A stretch of DNA of 64,000 bases, from contig OZ244042.1 in the NCBI GenBank assembly GCA_965215015.1, forward strand, positions 2,816,001 through 2,880,000, read 5' to 3'. The notes under the pieces were generated by a model. The model was not told the DNA's origin. It ran no database searches and saw only the letters and a list, made by a program, of their open reading frames with translations. Positions within the stretch are counted from its first letter, which is position 1. Each line of letters begins with the position of its first letter. Shown one piece after another: positions 46,479 through 56,663 of this stretch. Origin of the DNA: Candidatus Poribacteria bacterium. Lineage in GTDB: Bacteria; Poribacteria; WGA-4E; PCPOR2b. The translations under genes were made by a program, and so were the position numbers.

Positions 46479-47578
46479 ACAGACTCGACAGAGTTAGACA
46501 AATGCGCTCTCGCGCCCTGAGAGACGATGAAGCACGATCCGAGCTCAGGCAGAACAAGATGATTATCTGGGAGCATCTCAACTACCCAGTGACGCTTGAG
46601 ATAAAGCGTGCAAATTCAGGATGGGAAACCGCCTTTGTCGCTGAAAACCCTGCAGATATCGAGTTTCGGCATTCTGCTTATGCGTTTCCAAGCGACTTTG
46701 AGATGTCGAGATTGATCGAAGCAAACGGCATGATCTACGAGCAAACGAAGGCAGATCTTGACGATTTCAACAGCGTTCATCTGTCAAAAGCACAAAACGA
46801 TCTTGAGCCGCTCAACGCTTTCATCAAAGCAGCACCCGAGCGAGCCGCGGATATTGCTGACGAGCTGATCACCGCTGGCTTACGATCTCAGCATTTTGCG
46901 ATCCGCCCTCGCAGCGAGGTTTTGCTGAGTCATCCGAATCTGCATCACATCGCTTTGCATGAGTTTGATGATTGCGTCGTCTGTCGCATTCACACATCTA
47001 ATGCACCACCAGACGACACCGAGCCCGTAGTGACGATCTGGAAGCCAGCGATCGGATCGGTAATCAACTCACAGCCTCTCAATGCCCGATTTTCGTTTGC
47101 ACCCGTCGAAATCGACAGCGGCATCCAAGCGTTCTTGATTCTCTTGTGCGCTTCGATTGTCCGTGACTTTTGGGTGCTCGAGCAACGAGCACGGCAACAG
47201 GTGTATCAGAAACGCACCGACAAGCGCAGAGAACGCAAAGGCAAGGGTAAAGCACGGAAGATGGTGATCACGAAGGATTATACCTTCATTCCACGCTTTT
47301 CTTACAATCTGAGTGTATATCAGAATACCAAGAAGGTGCAGCATCAAGCCCGTGTGACCCTCAGCCCACATTTGGTATCTGGTCACATCCGTCGATTACC
47401 TGAAGGACATCAGGCAAGCGATGAAGCCACCCAGAACGCCCAAGAGTTTGGTATCCGTTTCAACGATGGCAAAACCTTCGTGAAGCCGCATGAGCGAGGA
47501 GAAATCGAACAACTCCGCAACTATCGGAGTCGCTCAGCGATGTTGCTTCTATTCGGCGATGGAAAGGAGAATCATTAA
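46475..47578 (+). CDS. Hypothetical phage-like protein with C-terminal PHLVSGHIRRL...TFVKPHERG motif
   Basis: RBS AAGGAG, ATGA overlap, basic His/Arg motif. Confidence 0.7.
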   Translation: MNRLDRVRQMRSRALRDDEARSELRQNKMIIWEHLNYPVTLEIKRANSGWETAFVAENPADIEFRHSAYAFPSDFEMSRLIEANGMIYEQTKADLDDFNSVHLSKAQNDLEPLNAFIKAAPERAADIADELITAGLRSQHFAIRPRSEVLLSHPNLHHIALHEFDDCVVCRIHTSNAPPDDTEPVVTIWKPAIGSVINSQPLNARFSFAPVEIDSGIQAFLILLCASIVRDFWVLEQRARQQVYQKRTDKRRERKGKGKARKMVITKDYTFIPRFSYNLSVYQNTKKVQHQARVTLSPHLVSGHIRRLPEGHQASDEATQNAQEFGIRFNDGKTFVKPHERGEIEQLRNYRSRSAMLLLFGDGKENH

Positions 47579-48091
47579 ATGTTGAGCGGCAAGAAATTTG
47601 ATAGAGATGAAAGCGAAGGTGGCATCAGCATCATAGAGGGGCTTTTCGTCGCGATAGCATTCTGCGGACTTTACGCGATTATCGTTTATGTGGTCGGCCC
47701 ACTACTTGGGTTTATCGATGCGGTCTGGGATTTTATCGTTGATGATATGGATGATATGCCTGAAAGGTATGCAGGACCCGTTTTCATGGGTTTTCCAGTT
47801 TTTATTAGTCTTTTTAGTGGTGTTTTGGGGGCTGTTTGTTTAATCATCCATGATGAATTGTGCAATAGAGATTCAATCGCAGCTACCATCATAGGGTGGC
47901 TTTGCATCATTCTGACACTCGGCACACTACTTTGGATTATTGACCCATGGCTTGATATTGATCGGGGGGACCTAATGAATATTGTTTTTTTTGGTGTTTG
48001 GTTTTACTTCTGCGGATATTGCGACGGTAGAGAAAGCGAAAACAAACGCATCAAACAACAACTTGATGAAATTCTGAGGAGGAACGCATGA
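47579..48091 (+). CDS. Hypothetical 4-TM membrane protein
   Basis: RBS AAGGAG, starts immediately after the previous stop; four hydrophobic segments. Confidence 0.65.
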   Translation: MLSGKKFDRDESEGGISIIEGLFVAIAFCGLYAIIVYVVGPLLGFIDAVWDFIVDDMDDMPERYAGPVFMGFPVFISLFSGVLGAVCLIIHDELCNRDSIAATIIGWLCIILTLGTLLWIIDPWLDIDRGDLMNIVFFGVWFYFCGYCDGRESENKRIKQQLDEILRRNA

Positions 48092-48579
48092 GTTTCAAAA
48101 TGACTTCTAACCTTCTGGTTGATAACCAGAAGGTTGAAAGTCTTGTATTCAGCATAATCACCGTTATTCTCATCATAGCAGGTTGTAGCCACGAACATGA
48201 ACTACTGCCACACGAGCATGAGTTACTACCTCATGACCACGAGCATGAGCATAACCACGAGCATCCGTTTCTCCCTGCGGAGATTGTTCGCATTTCAAGT
48301 GGCGTCATTGAGAAGCTATACAAATCCTACCCGTATGAAGGGCAAGTGATTATAGAGTTTTCCCAAGTGCCACGCCATACGCAAGTCAGCGCATGGATGG
48401 ACACAGGTGGGTATGAAGGGTATGAAGTCCGATGGGAACAAAACCATCGAACCGTGACCATTTATTTCCACTCGAGGCATCAACACAAAGAAGTCGGTGG
48501 CTTTATCCAGTGGGAAAGTGGACGCAAACACTTTGACATTCGCATCGATAAACGCATCGATAAGCAGAAGGGGAAATAA
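48088..48579 (+). CDS. Putative lipoprotein with His/Glu-rich N-terminal tract
   Basis: Lipobox IAGC followed by SHEHELLPHEHELLPHDHEHEHNHEH. Confidence 0.65.
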   Translation: MSFKMTSNLLVDNQKVESLVFSIITVILIIAGCSHEHELLPHEHELLPHDHEHEHNHEHPFLPAEIVRISSGVIEKLYKSYPYEGQVIIEFSQVPRHTQVSAWMDTGGYEGYEVRWEQNHRTVTIYFHSRHQHKEVGGFIQWESGRKHFDIRIDKRIDKQKGK

Positions 48580-48644
48580 GAGGATCTACCACATTTGATG
48601 TCCATATTCGCCCCTGGTGCGATTCTTTTGGTGAATATACCCAT

Positions 48645-49330
48645 CTACCCCTTTTTATACCGATACCGAGCCACAGCCCCTTTACTCGCTTCTTTTACCC
48701 GTGCATAATGAGCGGGCATCTGTGGAGATTTCCATCTGCCCGCTTGTTGCATCTCCACAACAGACGCCCCCGCTTGAGATAAAGACACCGCAGCCCCCAC
48801 ACGAAGCGAATGCCCCGAGATAAAGCCATCAATGCCAGCGACAGAAGCCCATTGTTTGATAGCGTAGCGAGCTCCATTGACTGTGAGCCTCGTGGATTGG
48901 ATATGATCACCCCGCACGATACGACGAAATAAAGTCCCTGTGGTTATGTTTGCTTCAGTGCAGTAGTGCCGTATCATCTGCCTTGTCCGATCCCCGATAT
49001 ACAACGCCACACCCTCACCTTGTTGATTCGTCTTACTCGACTGGACGATTAAGGCATTTTCTTGGCTATCCTCAAGGTTGACCGCCACCGCTTCACTGAT
49101 ACGAAGTAAGCAATCACTCATGAGACGGATAAGTGCAGAATCCCGATAGCCCTTGATGCTTTGTTCAGATTCAGCGAACCTGCACACGAAATCGACATCC
49201 GCCCATGACAGACCGTCGACTTGACCGTTGCCCCTGTTCTGAGTATCACGCTTGATAGTGAGCAGCCGCTTATCGGTGGTTGTCCACTTCTGTAGTGAAC
49301 GCATGATGTGCTTGAAATACCACTTGACCA
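48645..49330 (-). pseudogene. Cre-like tyrosine recombinase, 5'-truncated; inverted paralog of 42015-42491
   Basis: RDSALIRLMSDCLLRISE, SKT, GHSLRVG, GRWKS, AHY; 133/158 aa identical to the left copy by manual count. Confidence 0.8.
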
Positions 49331-49332
49331 AG

Positions 49333-49413
49333 GATCTATCACATTCATGTTTTTAACCGCTTGTTAGGGCAGGCTTGTTAGGGGCACCCTAACAAGTCCG
49401 AATGTGATAGATC
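49333..49413. mobile_element. 81-bp MITE-like element with 14-bp perfect terminal inverted repeats
   Basis: gatctatcacattc (49333-49346) ... gaatgtgatagatc (49400-49413) with an internal cttgttaggg..ccctaacaag hairpin. Confidence 0.6.
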
Positions 49414-49864
49414 TTTGCCTGTGCGGTTCAGAACCAGAAGGTGCATCAGGATTTTGAGGATTAGGGGTTCAAATGAACCTCCTAAATCCTCAAAATCATT
49501 TAATCCTGAGAATCCTGATTCAGACAAGCTTTCATCCTGATTATGATTCAGAAAAAGAACGCAATAGCAAGCGATTTCCACCACTGATTTTCATGCTATT
49601 TTTAGTTGGCGACAACACCGAAATGTAATATACTTATATAAAAAGAGACAGGAGGTGATTGCATTGTTGAAGAAAAAAAGTGGGTAACGACTTCCATCGT
49701 GATTGAAGAAAATCAAATGGACAAAATCACGGAAGCCGCTGCACTCTTTGATGTACCGAAAATCAAAATCATTCGAGAGTGCTTTCGAGCCGAACTGCCA
49801 CGCACATTCAAGCGATATGGGCGAAACGACAAAACGCGTGGACAAAAGAAAGGAAACTCAACAA

Positions 49865-50215
49865 ATGGACTTTGCAGGCTGGAGCCCAAGCCACCTGATA
49901 CTGGTGGTATTCGCCATCGTTGCGTTCATTGGGCATGAAGCGATTATGTTCTACCGCATTGGGCAAAACGATAAGAAGATAGAAAAACTGGGCGAGACAT
50001 TCTTTCATGCCCTTGAACGGCTTGAAGATCGGATGGACAAGCGGTTCGTTGAAGTCATCGGCACCATGAATCAGCGATTGGACGAAACGAACAAGCGCAT
50101 TGATGATACCAATCAACGGTTTACTGAGATGAATCAGCGCCTATCAGACATAGAAGCAAGCATCCGACAACTTAACCAGAACCACATCGATCACTTAACA
50201 CAACATGACCCTTGA
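49865..50215 (+). CDS. Small membrane-anchored coiled-coil protein
   Basis: RBS AAGGA; TM helix then heptads (MNQRLDETNKRIDDTNQRFTEMNQRL). Confidence 0.65.
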   Translation: MDFAGWSPSHLILVVFAIVAFIGHEAIMFYRIGQNDKKIEKLGETFFHALERLEDRMDKRFVEVIGTMNQRLDETNKRIDDTNQRFTEMNQRLSDIEASIRQLNQNHIDHLTQHDP

Positions 50216-50256
50216 GGATTTACAACCTCCCAAGGCATGATACCTTCGGATAGTTA

Positions 50257-51477
50257 TCAACTCTCCCAACTTGCGATAAATTCTTCGAGGCCGAAATTGA
50301 CAGGGATTTCATTAAAGCAGTAACGCATGGGTCCCGATTGGAAGCCGGGGAAAAAATGCTCTTCGTCCCTCTGAAGTTTGGCGTCAAGTGGCTTAAACCG
50401 TTTCCATAACCTCTCCGCCTCCTGCGGCGTAAAGCGATTCGCGAATTCGGGTCCCCAATTCAGCGTGGTCGGATGTGAACTCGTCCCTCGTCTACGAAGA
50501 TCTTCAGGTCCGTCCTCAAGATTCGGGTTCTGTCGCAGATTAATAAAGAAAGCCGCCTTGCACAAAAAGATAGTTGTCAGCATTTTGCCCTTTTCACCCC
50601 TTCCCGGATGTATCTCGTCCAGTGCAGCGTGGTAGGCAGGACCGTCTTTTTCAATCACGGCACGAAGTGCAGATTCGGTGTGGGCCTGCATCCGTTCGCT
50701 CCGTCTATCCCACCGTTTTAGTGTCGCTTGGGCTTCGGCGGATAGGTGTTTCGTGTAACTTAAGTCCTCATATTTCGTGAAGTTGCAAAAACCGCCGTGA
50801 ATGGTGCGCCGCAGCTTTGCACTGTAGTCGCTCCCCCAGTGGAGGATGGGGGTGATGTAGACCACACCATCGCCGGCATTGAGATATGTTTGGACGCCGC
50901 CGGGCAAAGGGACACGCGGATTTGCTAGCAACTGACGGTTCTCCTCTTCCGTGTTGATGCGTAAATGGCTGCCGGGCACGACCCACAATACATTATCATC
51001 GTAGAGCGGTATGTTCCACTGGACATATCTCGGTCCATTCTCTATGATGTCATCGATGTACCCCTGTAGTGGGGCGGTGTCAATGGGATGGATATCGCGG
51101 TGCCAGACAGCGGGACCCCGGTTGCGTACCGGGCTACACATCATCATCATTTCGGTAACGGCTGCATCCGGCTCTCCGATCAACTGGGTGCTGACACGCT
51201 GTGTGTTTTTGTGAAGCCAGATTTCTACTGTGTTCGCTGTCTGCCTATCGATCTGATCTAACAGGGGACGTTGATGTAATGCCAAGCGCGGTTGTGCTCC
51301 CGTCTCCCATACGCCGCCCGGCGGATCGTTTGGATTGCGGTCCCTTGCCCAAATCTCCCGCTGTCGATCGACCATTCGCTCATAACCGGCGCGTAAATCT
51401 TCCAACTCTACCGGTAGGATAACCTCACGTAGGATTAAATACCCATCTTCCATGAATTGTTCTCGATTGAATTGCAT
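50257..51477 (-). CDS. PhyH-family dioxygenase, long type (paralog of 59570-60772)
   Basis: FMEDGYL, WHRD, QWNIPLYDD, VVPGSH, LNAGDGVVY, LHWGS. Confidence 0.88.
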   Translation of the reverse strand: MQFNREQFMEDGYLILREVILPVELEDLRAGYERMVDRQREIWARDRNPNDPPGGVWETGAQPRLALHQRPLLDQIDRQTANTVEIWLHKNTQRVSTQLIGEPDAAVTEMMMMCSPVRNRGPAVWHRDIHPIDTAPLQGYIDDIIENGPRYVQWNIPLYDDNVLWVVPGSHLRINTEEENRQLLANPRVPLPGGVQTYLNAGDGVVYITPILHWGSDYSAKLRRTIHGGFCNFTKYEDLSYTKHLSAEAQATLKRWDRRSERMQAHTESALRAVIEKDGPAYHAALDEIHPGRGEKGKMLTTIFLCKAAFFINLRQNPNLEDGPEDLRRRGTSSHPTTLNWGPEFANRFTPQEAERLWKRFKPLDAKLQRDEEHFFPGFQSGPMRYCFNEIPVNFGLEEFIASWES

Positions 51478-51732
51478 TGGTGTGTCTCCTAATTGAAGGC
51501 GTTGAAAACGCTGGTCTCAGGTGTATAATTGCGAACGGGTTGCATATTACGTGAGAAAGAACCCTTCGTTACCCTCAGTCTACCGTGCATCAGTAGGTTG
51601 ATTTTCCAAAATCGAAACTACGGAGAACATTGCGCGATAGAATACCAGACACTATGGGACGACAATCCTGGCTCAATCGGCCCGGGGCATTACGCTATAG
51701 TCCGGATGTTTTGTCGAGATGTGAATCTTGAC

Positions 51733-52458
51733 CTACGAGCTACCTAGCAACCTGCGATAATATACCATCTCCATCCGCAAGCCTCGTTCATCAAACTCCG
51801 GTTCCTGCGGAATTGACGCGAGATTTTGTCCTCCCATTAGCCCGGTTACTGCGGCGGCCAGTGCATCAAGAATGTCGTCCCTCACTACATCCTTGCGCCT
51901 ATAGGTAGATAGTGTATGGGTGATAATATCAGCGGTCTGTGGATAAATTGAATGGAGGAGCTGCGTCCGTTCCGACAGTCCCTCACTCCGTTTTTTGGCG
52001 TGTAGCATCGGACTGCCCGCCAATCCCCAAAAGCAGAGTTCCGGATGGATTTCTCTGATGTGCGCTCTCGCGGAGGTATCGTCCGAAAGGAGGTAATCCG
52101 TCTCACGAATTTTTGGGATAATATTCCAGTTTTCAACGGACAACCGTTTGCCTGTCAACCGTTGGTTGATATCGCAAGCTTCCTGATATGATGATGTATA
52201 GATTGCCTGCCGGCACGGCGCAGGAAATACACTCGACCGCCTCGGTCCGAGCAGTTTTCGGGCTTCCGGGTCACACCGACGTTCAGCCCTGCCATCAGTC
52301 CTCAAGCCGATAGGAATGTCAATCAGTATCAAGGAGGCCCGTCGGTGATGATCCCAAAGACTATACATATCTGGAAAAATATTGACCTGCCAGCTAGCCT
52401 CCATTTCCAACCCGATGGCGAGCCAGCCCGCCCTGCAACCATCCACACCAACGAACAT
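51733..52458 (-). CDS. DUF429-family predicted RNase H-like nuclease
   Basis: GVDGCRAGW, IDIPIGL, RSSVFPAP, EIHPELCF, DDILDA. Confidence 0.85.
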   Translation of the reverse strand: MFVGVDGCRAGWLAIGLEMEASWQVNIFPDMYSLWDHHRRASLILIDIPIGLRTDGRAERRCDPEARKLLGPRRSSVFPAPCRQAIYTSSYQEACDINQRLTGKRLSVENWNIIPKIRETDYLLSDDTSARAHIREIHPELCFWGLAGSPMLHAKKRSEGLSERTQLLHSIYPQTADIITHTLSTYRRKDVVRDDILDALAAAVTGLMGGQNLASIPQEPEFDERGLRMEMVYYRRLLGSS

Positions 52459-52465
52459 CTCTACT

Positions 52466-53197
52466 CTACGCTCCTAGCTGACTTGCCAAATCATTGAAAT
52501 CGTTCACCACAACATCAAAGGAGGTATCGTGTTCTAAATCTCGGTTACGGTGCGGTCCGTATTCTTCGGGTCGAGGCACAAATCCGGTCTTAAACCCAAC
52601 AGCCGCCGAAGCGAGCAAATCGCCGGGGTGTGCGGCGACCATCATAATTTGGTTCGGTGGAAGGCCCAGCAAGTCGGCAGCGGTTTGATATACCTCCGGA
52701 TCTGGTTTGTAATGCTTTGCCAACTCCGAGGATAGAATACAGTCCCACGGCAGCCCGGCGTGTTTCGCCATGTTGGTAAGCAAGGCGATATTGCCGTTGG
52801 AAAGGGGTGCGACAATAAATCGCTCACGCAATCGCCGGAGGCCGCTGATGGCGTCGGGCCAGGGAACGAGGCGATGCCACACGCGATTCAGGTGGTCCTT
52901 CTCCGCTTCGCTCATCCCCCCAATCTTGAACTCGTCAAGTAGCTCGTCCAGAATCATACGGTGCAGAGCATCTATGTTCAGCCACGGTAGTTCGCCCTTA
53001 CGGACGCGATTCATCGAGGGACCATATCCCCCTCGCCATTTGTCTGCAAACTGTGCCCAATCCACGTCAAGTCCGTGAGTTGCCTCAAACGCTTTACCTT
53101 CACGGATAATACTGCCGCGCCAGTCCACAACTGTACCGAATACATCAAATGTCAGTGCCTTGATCTCAAGGATCTCTGTTTCTTTATTATTTTTCAT
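52466..53197 (-). CDS. Haloacid dehalogenase type II (HAD)
   Basis: FDVFGTVVDW, LSNGN, YKPDPEVY, MVAAH. Confidence 0.92.
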   Translation of the reverse strand: MKNNKETEILEIKALTFDVFGTVVDWRGSIIREGKAFEATHGLDVDWAQFADKWRGGYGPSMNRVRKGELPWLNIDALHRMILDELLDEFKIGGMSEAEKDHLNRVWHRLVPWPDAISGLRRLRERFIVAPLSNGNIALLTNMAKHAGLPWDCILSSELAKHYKPDPEVYQTAADLLGLPPNQIMMVAAHPGDLLASAAVGFKTGFVPRPEEYGPHRNRDLEHDTSFDVVVNDFNDLASQLGA

Positions 53198-53260
53198 AGA
53201 AACTTCTCCAGACAAACGAGGTTCGTTCGGTTGAGGCAGAGGTTTATCGAAAATTTACGT

Positions 53261-54262
53261 CTATCTAAGTGCTACCCCATCCGTTATGCCGCAACCGGCG
53301 AACAGTGTCCGCTGCACAGTCATATCATGCGCTAGGGTGTAATCCGGCTGTTTTTCCTCGCGAATGCAGGCGGCAAGTTCCCGCAGCAACGATCCAGAAC
53401 TTGACGACCGAGTGATGGTCACGTCCTGCGAACCAGCCGCATAGCCTTCGACCGCCGTTTCCAAACTGAGGTTGAGGTTATCCGATCCGATTGGCGTATG
53501 GATGGCGGTGCCCTTCGTGCCGTACACCTCAATACGGCGGGTTTTGCCGCTCTCGATGTGCATACCGGCGGTGTCGATCGTGCCGATTCCACTTTCAAAC
53601 TCATGGACGACGACTGCGTTATCCACCTCAGACCGACTGCCGTAGTGTCGTCCCAAGACGGGCTGCACCCCCTTTGGTTCTCCCATCATGATTACCATCA
53701 GGTCAGCCAGATGTCCTGCCATCTCGAAGTAAATCCCGCCGTGATAGACCTTGAACTCCTGGGCCAACTGTGGGTGCCACGATATCGGCTTAGGGATGTG
53801 TCCTCGATAGTAGAAAATATCGCCAAATGCCCCCGATTTAGCGAGCCGCAGCATTTCGTGAATGGCGGGATTGTAACGCCACATATACGCCATCTGAAGG
53901 CACAATCCCTTTCGCTCTGAGAGTTCGTGAATCCGCTGCAACTGTTCTATATTGACGCCCGCCGGTTTTTCGAGCAACACATGTTTTCCCGCTTCAAGTC
54001 CCTGCTCTGCATAGTCCAGATTCTGGTACACATGGCCTTCAACGATAACGGCCTGGGCGTCACTGTCCAACACCGCTTCAGTTGATGGAAAAATGGTTAG
54101 GTCAGGAAAGGATTCAGACCACTCCCCCTCTCTCCGCGCAACGACCTCCGGATCCGGGTCATAAAATCCAATGGGTTTGAATTCCTCCGGACGTTCTATT
54201 GCCTCGCGGATGTGCATACTGGCGTGGCTGTGCCATGCCCCCAAGTAAGCAAATTTTAACAT
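53261..54262 (-). CDS. Gfo/Idh/MocA-family oxidoreductase
   Basis: GKHVLLEKP, AYMWRYNP, GHLAD. Confidence 0.85.
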   Translation of the reverse strand: MLKFAYLGAWHSHASMHIREAIERPEEFKPIGFYDPDPEVVARREGEWSESFPDLTIFPSTEAVLDSDAQAVIVEGHVYQNLDYAEQGLEAGKHVLLEKPAGVNIEQLQRIHELSERKGLCLQMAYMWRYNPAIHEMLRLAKSGAFGDIFYYRGHIPKPISWHPQLAQEFKVYHGGIYFEMAGHLADLMVIMMGEPKGVQPVLGRHYGSRSEVDNAVVVHEFESGIGTIDTAGMHIESGKTRRIEVYGTKGTAIHTPIGSDNLNLSLETAVEGYAAGSQDVTITRSSSSGSLLRELAACIREEKQPDYTLAHDMTVQRTLFAGCGITDGVALR

Positions 54263-54438
54263 AGGTTATCTCCTCTCAGCGATGAACCTTCCGAGAAAAC
54301 TGCTAGCTAATTGTGCTTAGTTCAAAACCTTCGCACGGTTGAATACTTTTCACCGCAGAGATGCAGAGTTTCTTTTTGCATTTCTCTGCGCCTCTGTGGT
54401 TGGTTTTATCCCGTTTTCTGTCCTTCACATTTCACACA

Positions 54439-55764
54439 TTACGGCTTCGCCGGCTCGTATATTCGTGCCAGCACAGGATTGTCCGCAGGCTCCTTCCCAC
54501 CGTAGAACCACGTCAAGGGCAGCACCTTCAGCTTCTGATTGAAGCCCCCCTCCTTCTGACTGCTCAGAACCATCTCAGCGCGGGTCGGGTGTTCCTCATA
54601 AAACGAATAGGTGTGAGTGATGAGGACGCGGTCTTTCATCACAAACACAGACGGATACGACCAACGCCCGTGAAAATTGAAGGGGAGGATATGTTCTCGT
54701 TCTCGGTCTGGAGCAGGCAGCCCCGGGTCAAAGTTGTATTCCGCCGGACGAACAGGACGAATGGGTACTGGCTCAACCCGCGTTTCCTCGTGCATCGATT
54801 CCACATTTTGGAAAAACTCCCACACGCTGCCGCCATTACGGCTAATTGCAGCAGAGACCCGCGTCCGATTATAGCCCCGTTTAATTTCGTCTTCGCTCTC
54901 CTGGTTCCAGACCGCTAGGAGGTGTCCGTTGGGCAGCGTCCGGATTTGAGCGGGGGCTGTGGACGAAGCGAGGGAAGTCGGTTGTGGGCGTGTCCAGGTC
55001 TCCCCGTTGTCCTCCGACCACGCCTGAAAAACACGTCCCAGCCCATTCCGCATGAACATCAACAGTCGTCCCGGACTGACTTCCGTCACTGTTGGTTCGT
55101 TGGTATAGCTGAACGAGGCGTTCCAGTCCAGTAGGATAATCAGTTCCCCATCCCGATTGCACTGCCACGTCCGTCCATCGTCGTCCGAATAGTAAACGCA
55201 GGACGCGGAGAACCGGGGGTCGAAGAAGTGTGCAGCAGTGGACACCCATTGACCATTTACCAATTTCCCAGACGCAGGCGGTTTGACATCATTCGGTCCA
55301 GAGGCTTGCCCCAGTGAGATGTATACCGGCAGAACAATGCGTCCTGAGGAGGTGCGAAGTAGTACATCTTGATAGGCGTAGGTGGCGATTCCCGGCGGCG
55401 TTATGCGGACTGGTGGTTCCCAAGTCTCTCCTCCATCTTCTGATCGCCAGAAGATTAGATGGGTTTCCCGCCGCATATTCTCGGAAGAACCCTCAGAAGG
55501 TCTCCGCATGGCTGCCAGGCCGATGCCGCTACCGGACAACCGCACGAGCGAAGTTCCGCCGCCGCCCACCGGATTTCCCTCCGTATCGCCGCATGAGAAC
55601 GACCCAGACCATGTAATGCCGCCATCGTCGGATGTGTTGAATTTCATTCCAGCGGCATGCAGAATGCGCCCATCCTCCAGTCCCGTAAAGGTAGACGAAT
55701 GGAAGTATCTCGTTTCATGAATCGCCAATGCCTCTTCGGGGCGTGTCATCGGAACGTTGCTCAT
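54439..55764 (-). CDS. BNR/Asp-box sialidase-like protein
   Basis: SDDGGITW, SEDGGETW, SDDDGRTW, SEDNGETW, SRNGGSVW; NEP and SYP motifs. Confidence 0.88.
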   Translation of the reverse strand: MSNVPMTRPEEALAIHETRYFHSSTFTGLEDGRILHAAGMKFNTSDDGGITWSGSFSCGDTEGNPVGGGGTSLVRLSGSGIGLAAMRRPSEGSSENMRRETHLIFWRSEDGGETWEPPVRITPPGIATYAYQDVLLRTSSGRIVLPVYISLGQASGPNDVKPPASGKLVNGQWVSTAAHFFDPRFSASCVYYSDDDGRTWQCNRDGELIILLDWNASFSYTNEPTVTEVSPGRLLMFMRNGLGRVFQAWSEDNGETWTRPQPTSLASSTAPAQIRTLPNGHLLAVWNQESEDEIKRGYNRTRVSAAISRNGGSVWEFFQNVESMHEETRVEPVPIRPVRPAEYNFDPGLPAPDREREHILPFNFHGRWSYPSVFVMKDRVLITHTYSFYEEHPTRAEMVLSSQKEGGFNQKLKVLPLTWFYGGKEPADNPVLARIYEPAKP

Positions 55765-55865
55765 GGGTTTCTAACTCCTTTCTGTGGTTCTGTTGTGGTG
55801 TGCTGAGTACAGTGAAATTTCAAATTGTGGCCTATGGATATGATCTGTTTCCACCCTGTCTGCTT

Positions 55866-56663
55866 TCATGGTTTCGATCGCCGGAGGTACGGTGCCTCCA
55901 TTACTGCCCGCTGCTCCGGTGTCATATCCTCAATATAGTCAGGGTAGGTGATTTGATGCGCCCCTGCGCTGTATGCCTGAAATCCGGGACTGAATTTATA
56001 AAGCAGTGCCCGTCGCTGATGCTCAGCTTTCCACGGTAAAGTCCCATGGGTCAAAGTTTCACTGAAGATAATGGCATCGCCTGCTTCCGCATTGACTTCG
56101 AGCACATGCTCCTGATGTTTCTCCCACAACCTCATACTTTGGGGACAGGGAAGGTTTGCTTTATGACTACCCGGAACGACCGCTAATCCGCCATTTCCCG
56201 GACCTTCGTCCGCGAGCATATATTCGACGACCGTGAGTCCGGTGTAGATACGTCCATCTTTGAAGAAATAGGCTTCGGAAAAGTTCGGACGCTCAATGCC
56301 CCCGCCGTGCAACGTACCGCCCTCTGCCCCTCTGTCCATTGCAATCATCCCCGGTCCGTGATCCAACCGGTAGCCTTCCCCTAATATGCCGTCGAGATAG
56401 GGTTTGATCCGCGGGTGAATGAGAAATTGACGAAAAGGTTCGCACCACGGGTGTTCCCACGCCAGCATCCCGCCCAAATCCTTACGGCGGGATGCCCCTG
56501 ACAACGTTTTTGAACCGCCAGCCAGCGACCTGTCCATCTCTCTAAGTTGGTCAATGTGGTGGTCAATCGCTGCGTTACAACGCTCAATCTCTTTAGAAGT
56601 GAGCACGTCTTTAACAACAAGATAGCCTGTCAGATCAAATAGATAGCGTTCATCTTCGGTCAT
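55866..56663 (-). CDS. PhyH-family dioxygenase
   Basis: FDLTGYLV, LHGG, GGLAVVPGSHK, AGDAIIFSETLTHGT. Confidence 0.88.
   Translation of the reverse strand: MTEDERYLFDLTGYLVVKDVLTSKEIERCNAAIDHHIDQLREMDRSLAGGSKTLSGASRRKDLGGMLAWEHPWCEPFRQFLIHPRIKPYLDGILGEGYRLDHGPGMIAMDRGAEGGTLHGGGIERPNFSEAYFFKDGRIYTGLTVVEYMLADEGPGNGGLAVVPGSHKANLPCPQSMRLWEKHQEHVLEVNAEAGDAIIFSETLTHGTLPWKAEHQRRALLYKFSPGFQAYSAGAHQITYPDYIEDMTPEQRAVMEAPYLRRSKP

Noticed and set aside
42015-49330. Integron or shufflon
   Set aside because: The recombinases are Cre-like (GRW motif) without the IntI insertion, and no attC-like or repeated sfx sites were seen between the ORFs.
51502-51730. Promoter-like TTGAAA-N16-TATAAT pointing into an ORF-less gap
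   Set aside because: No convincing structure or ORF downstream; may be chance or a relic.
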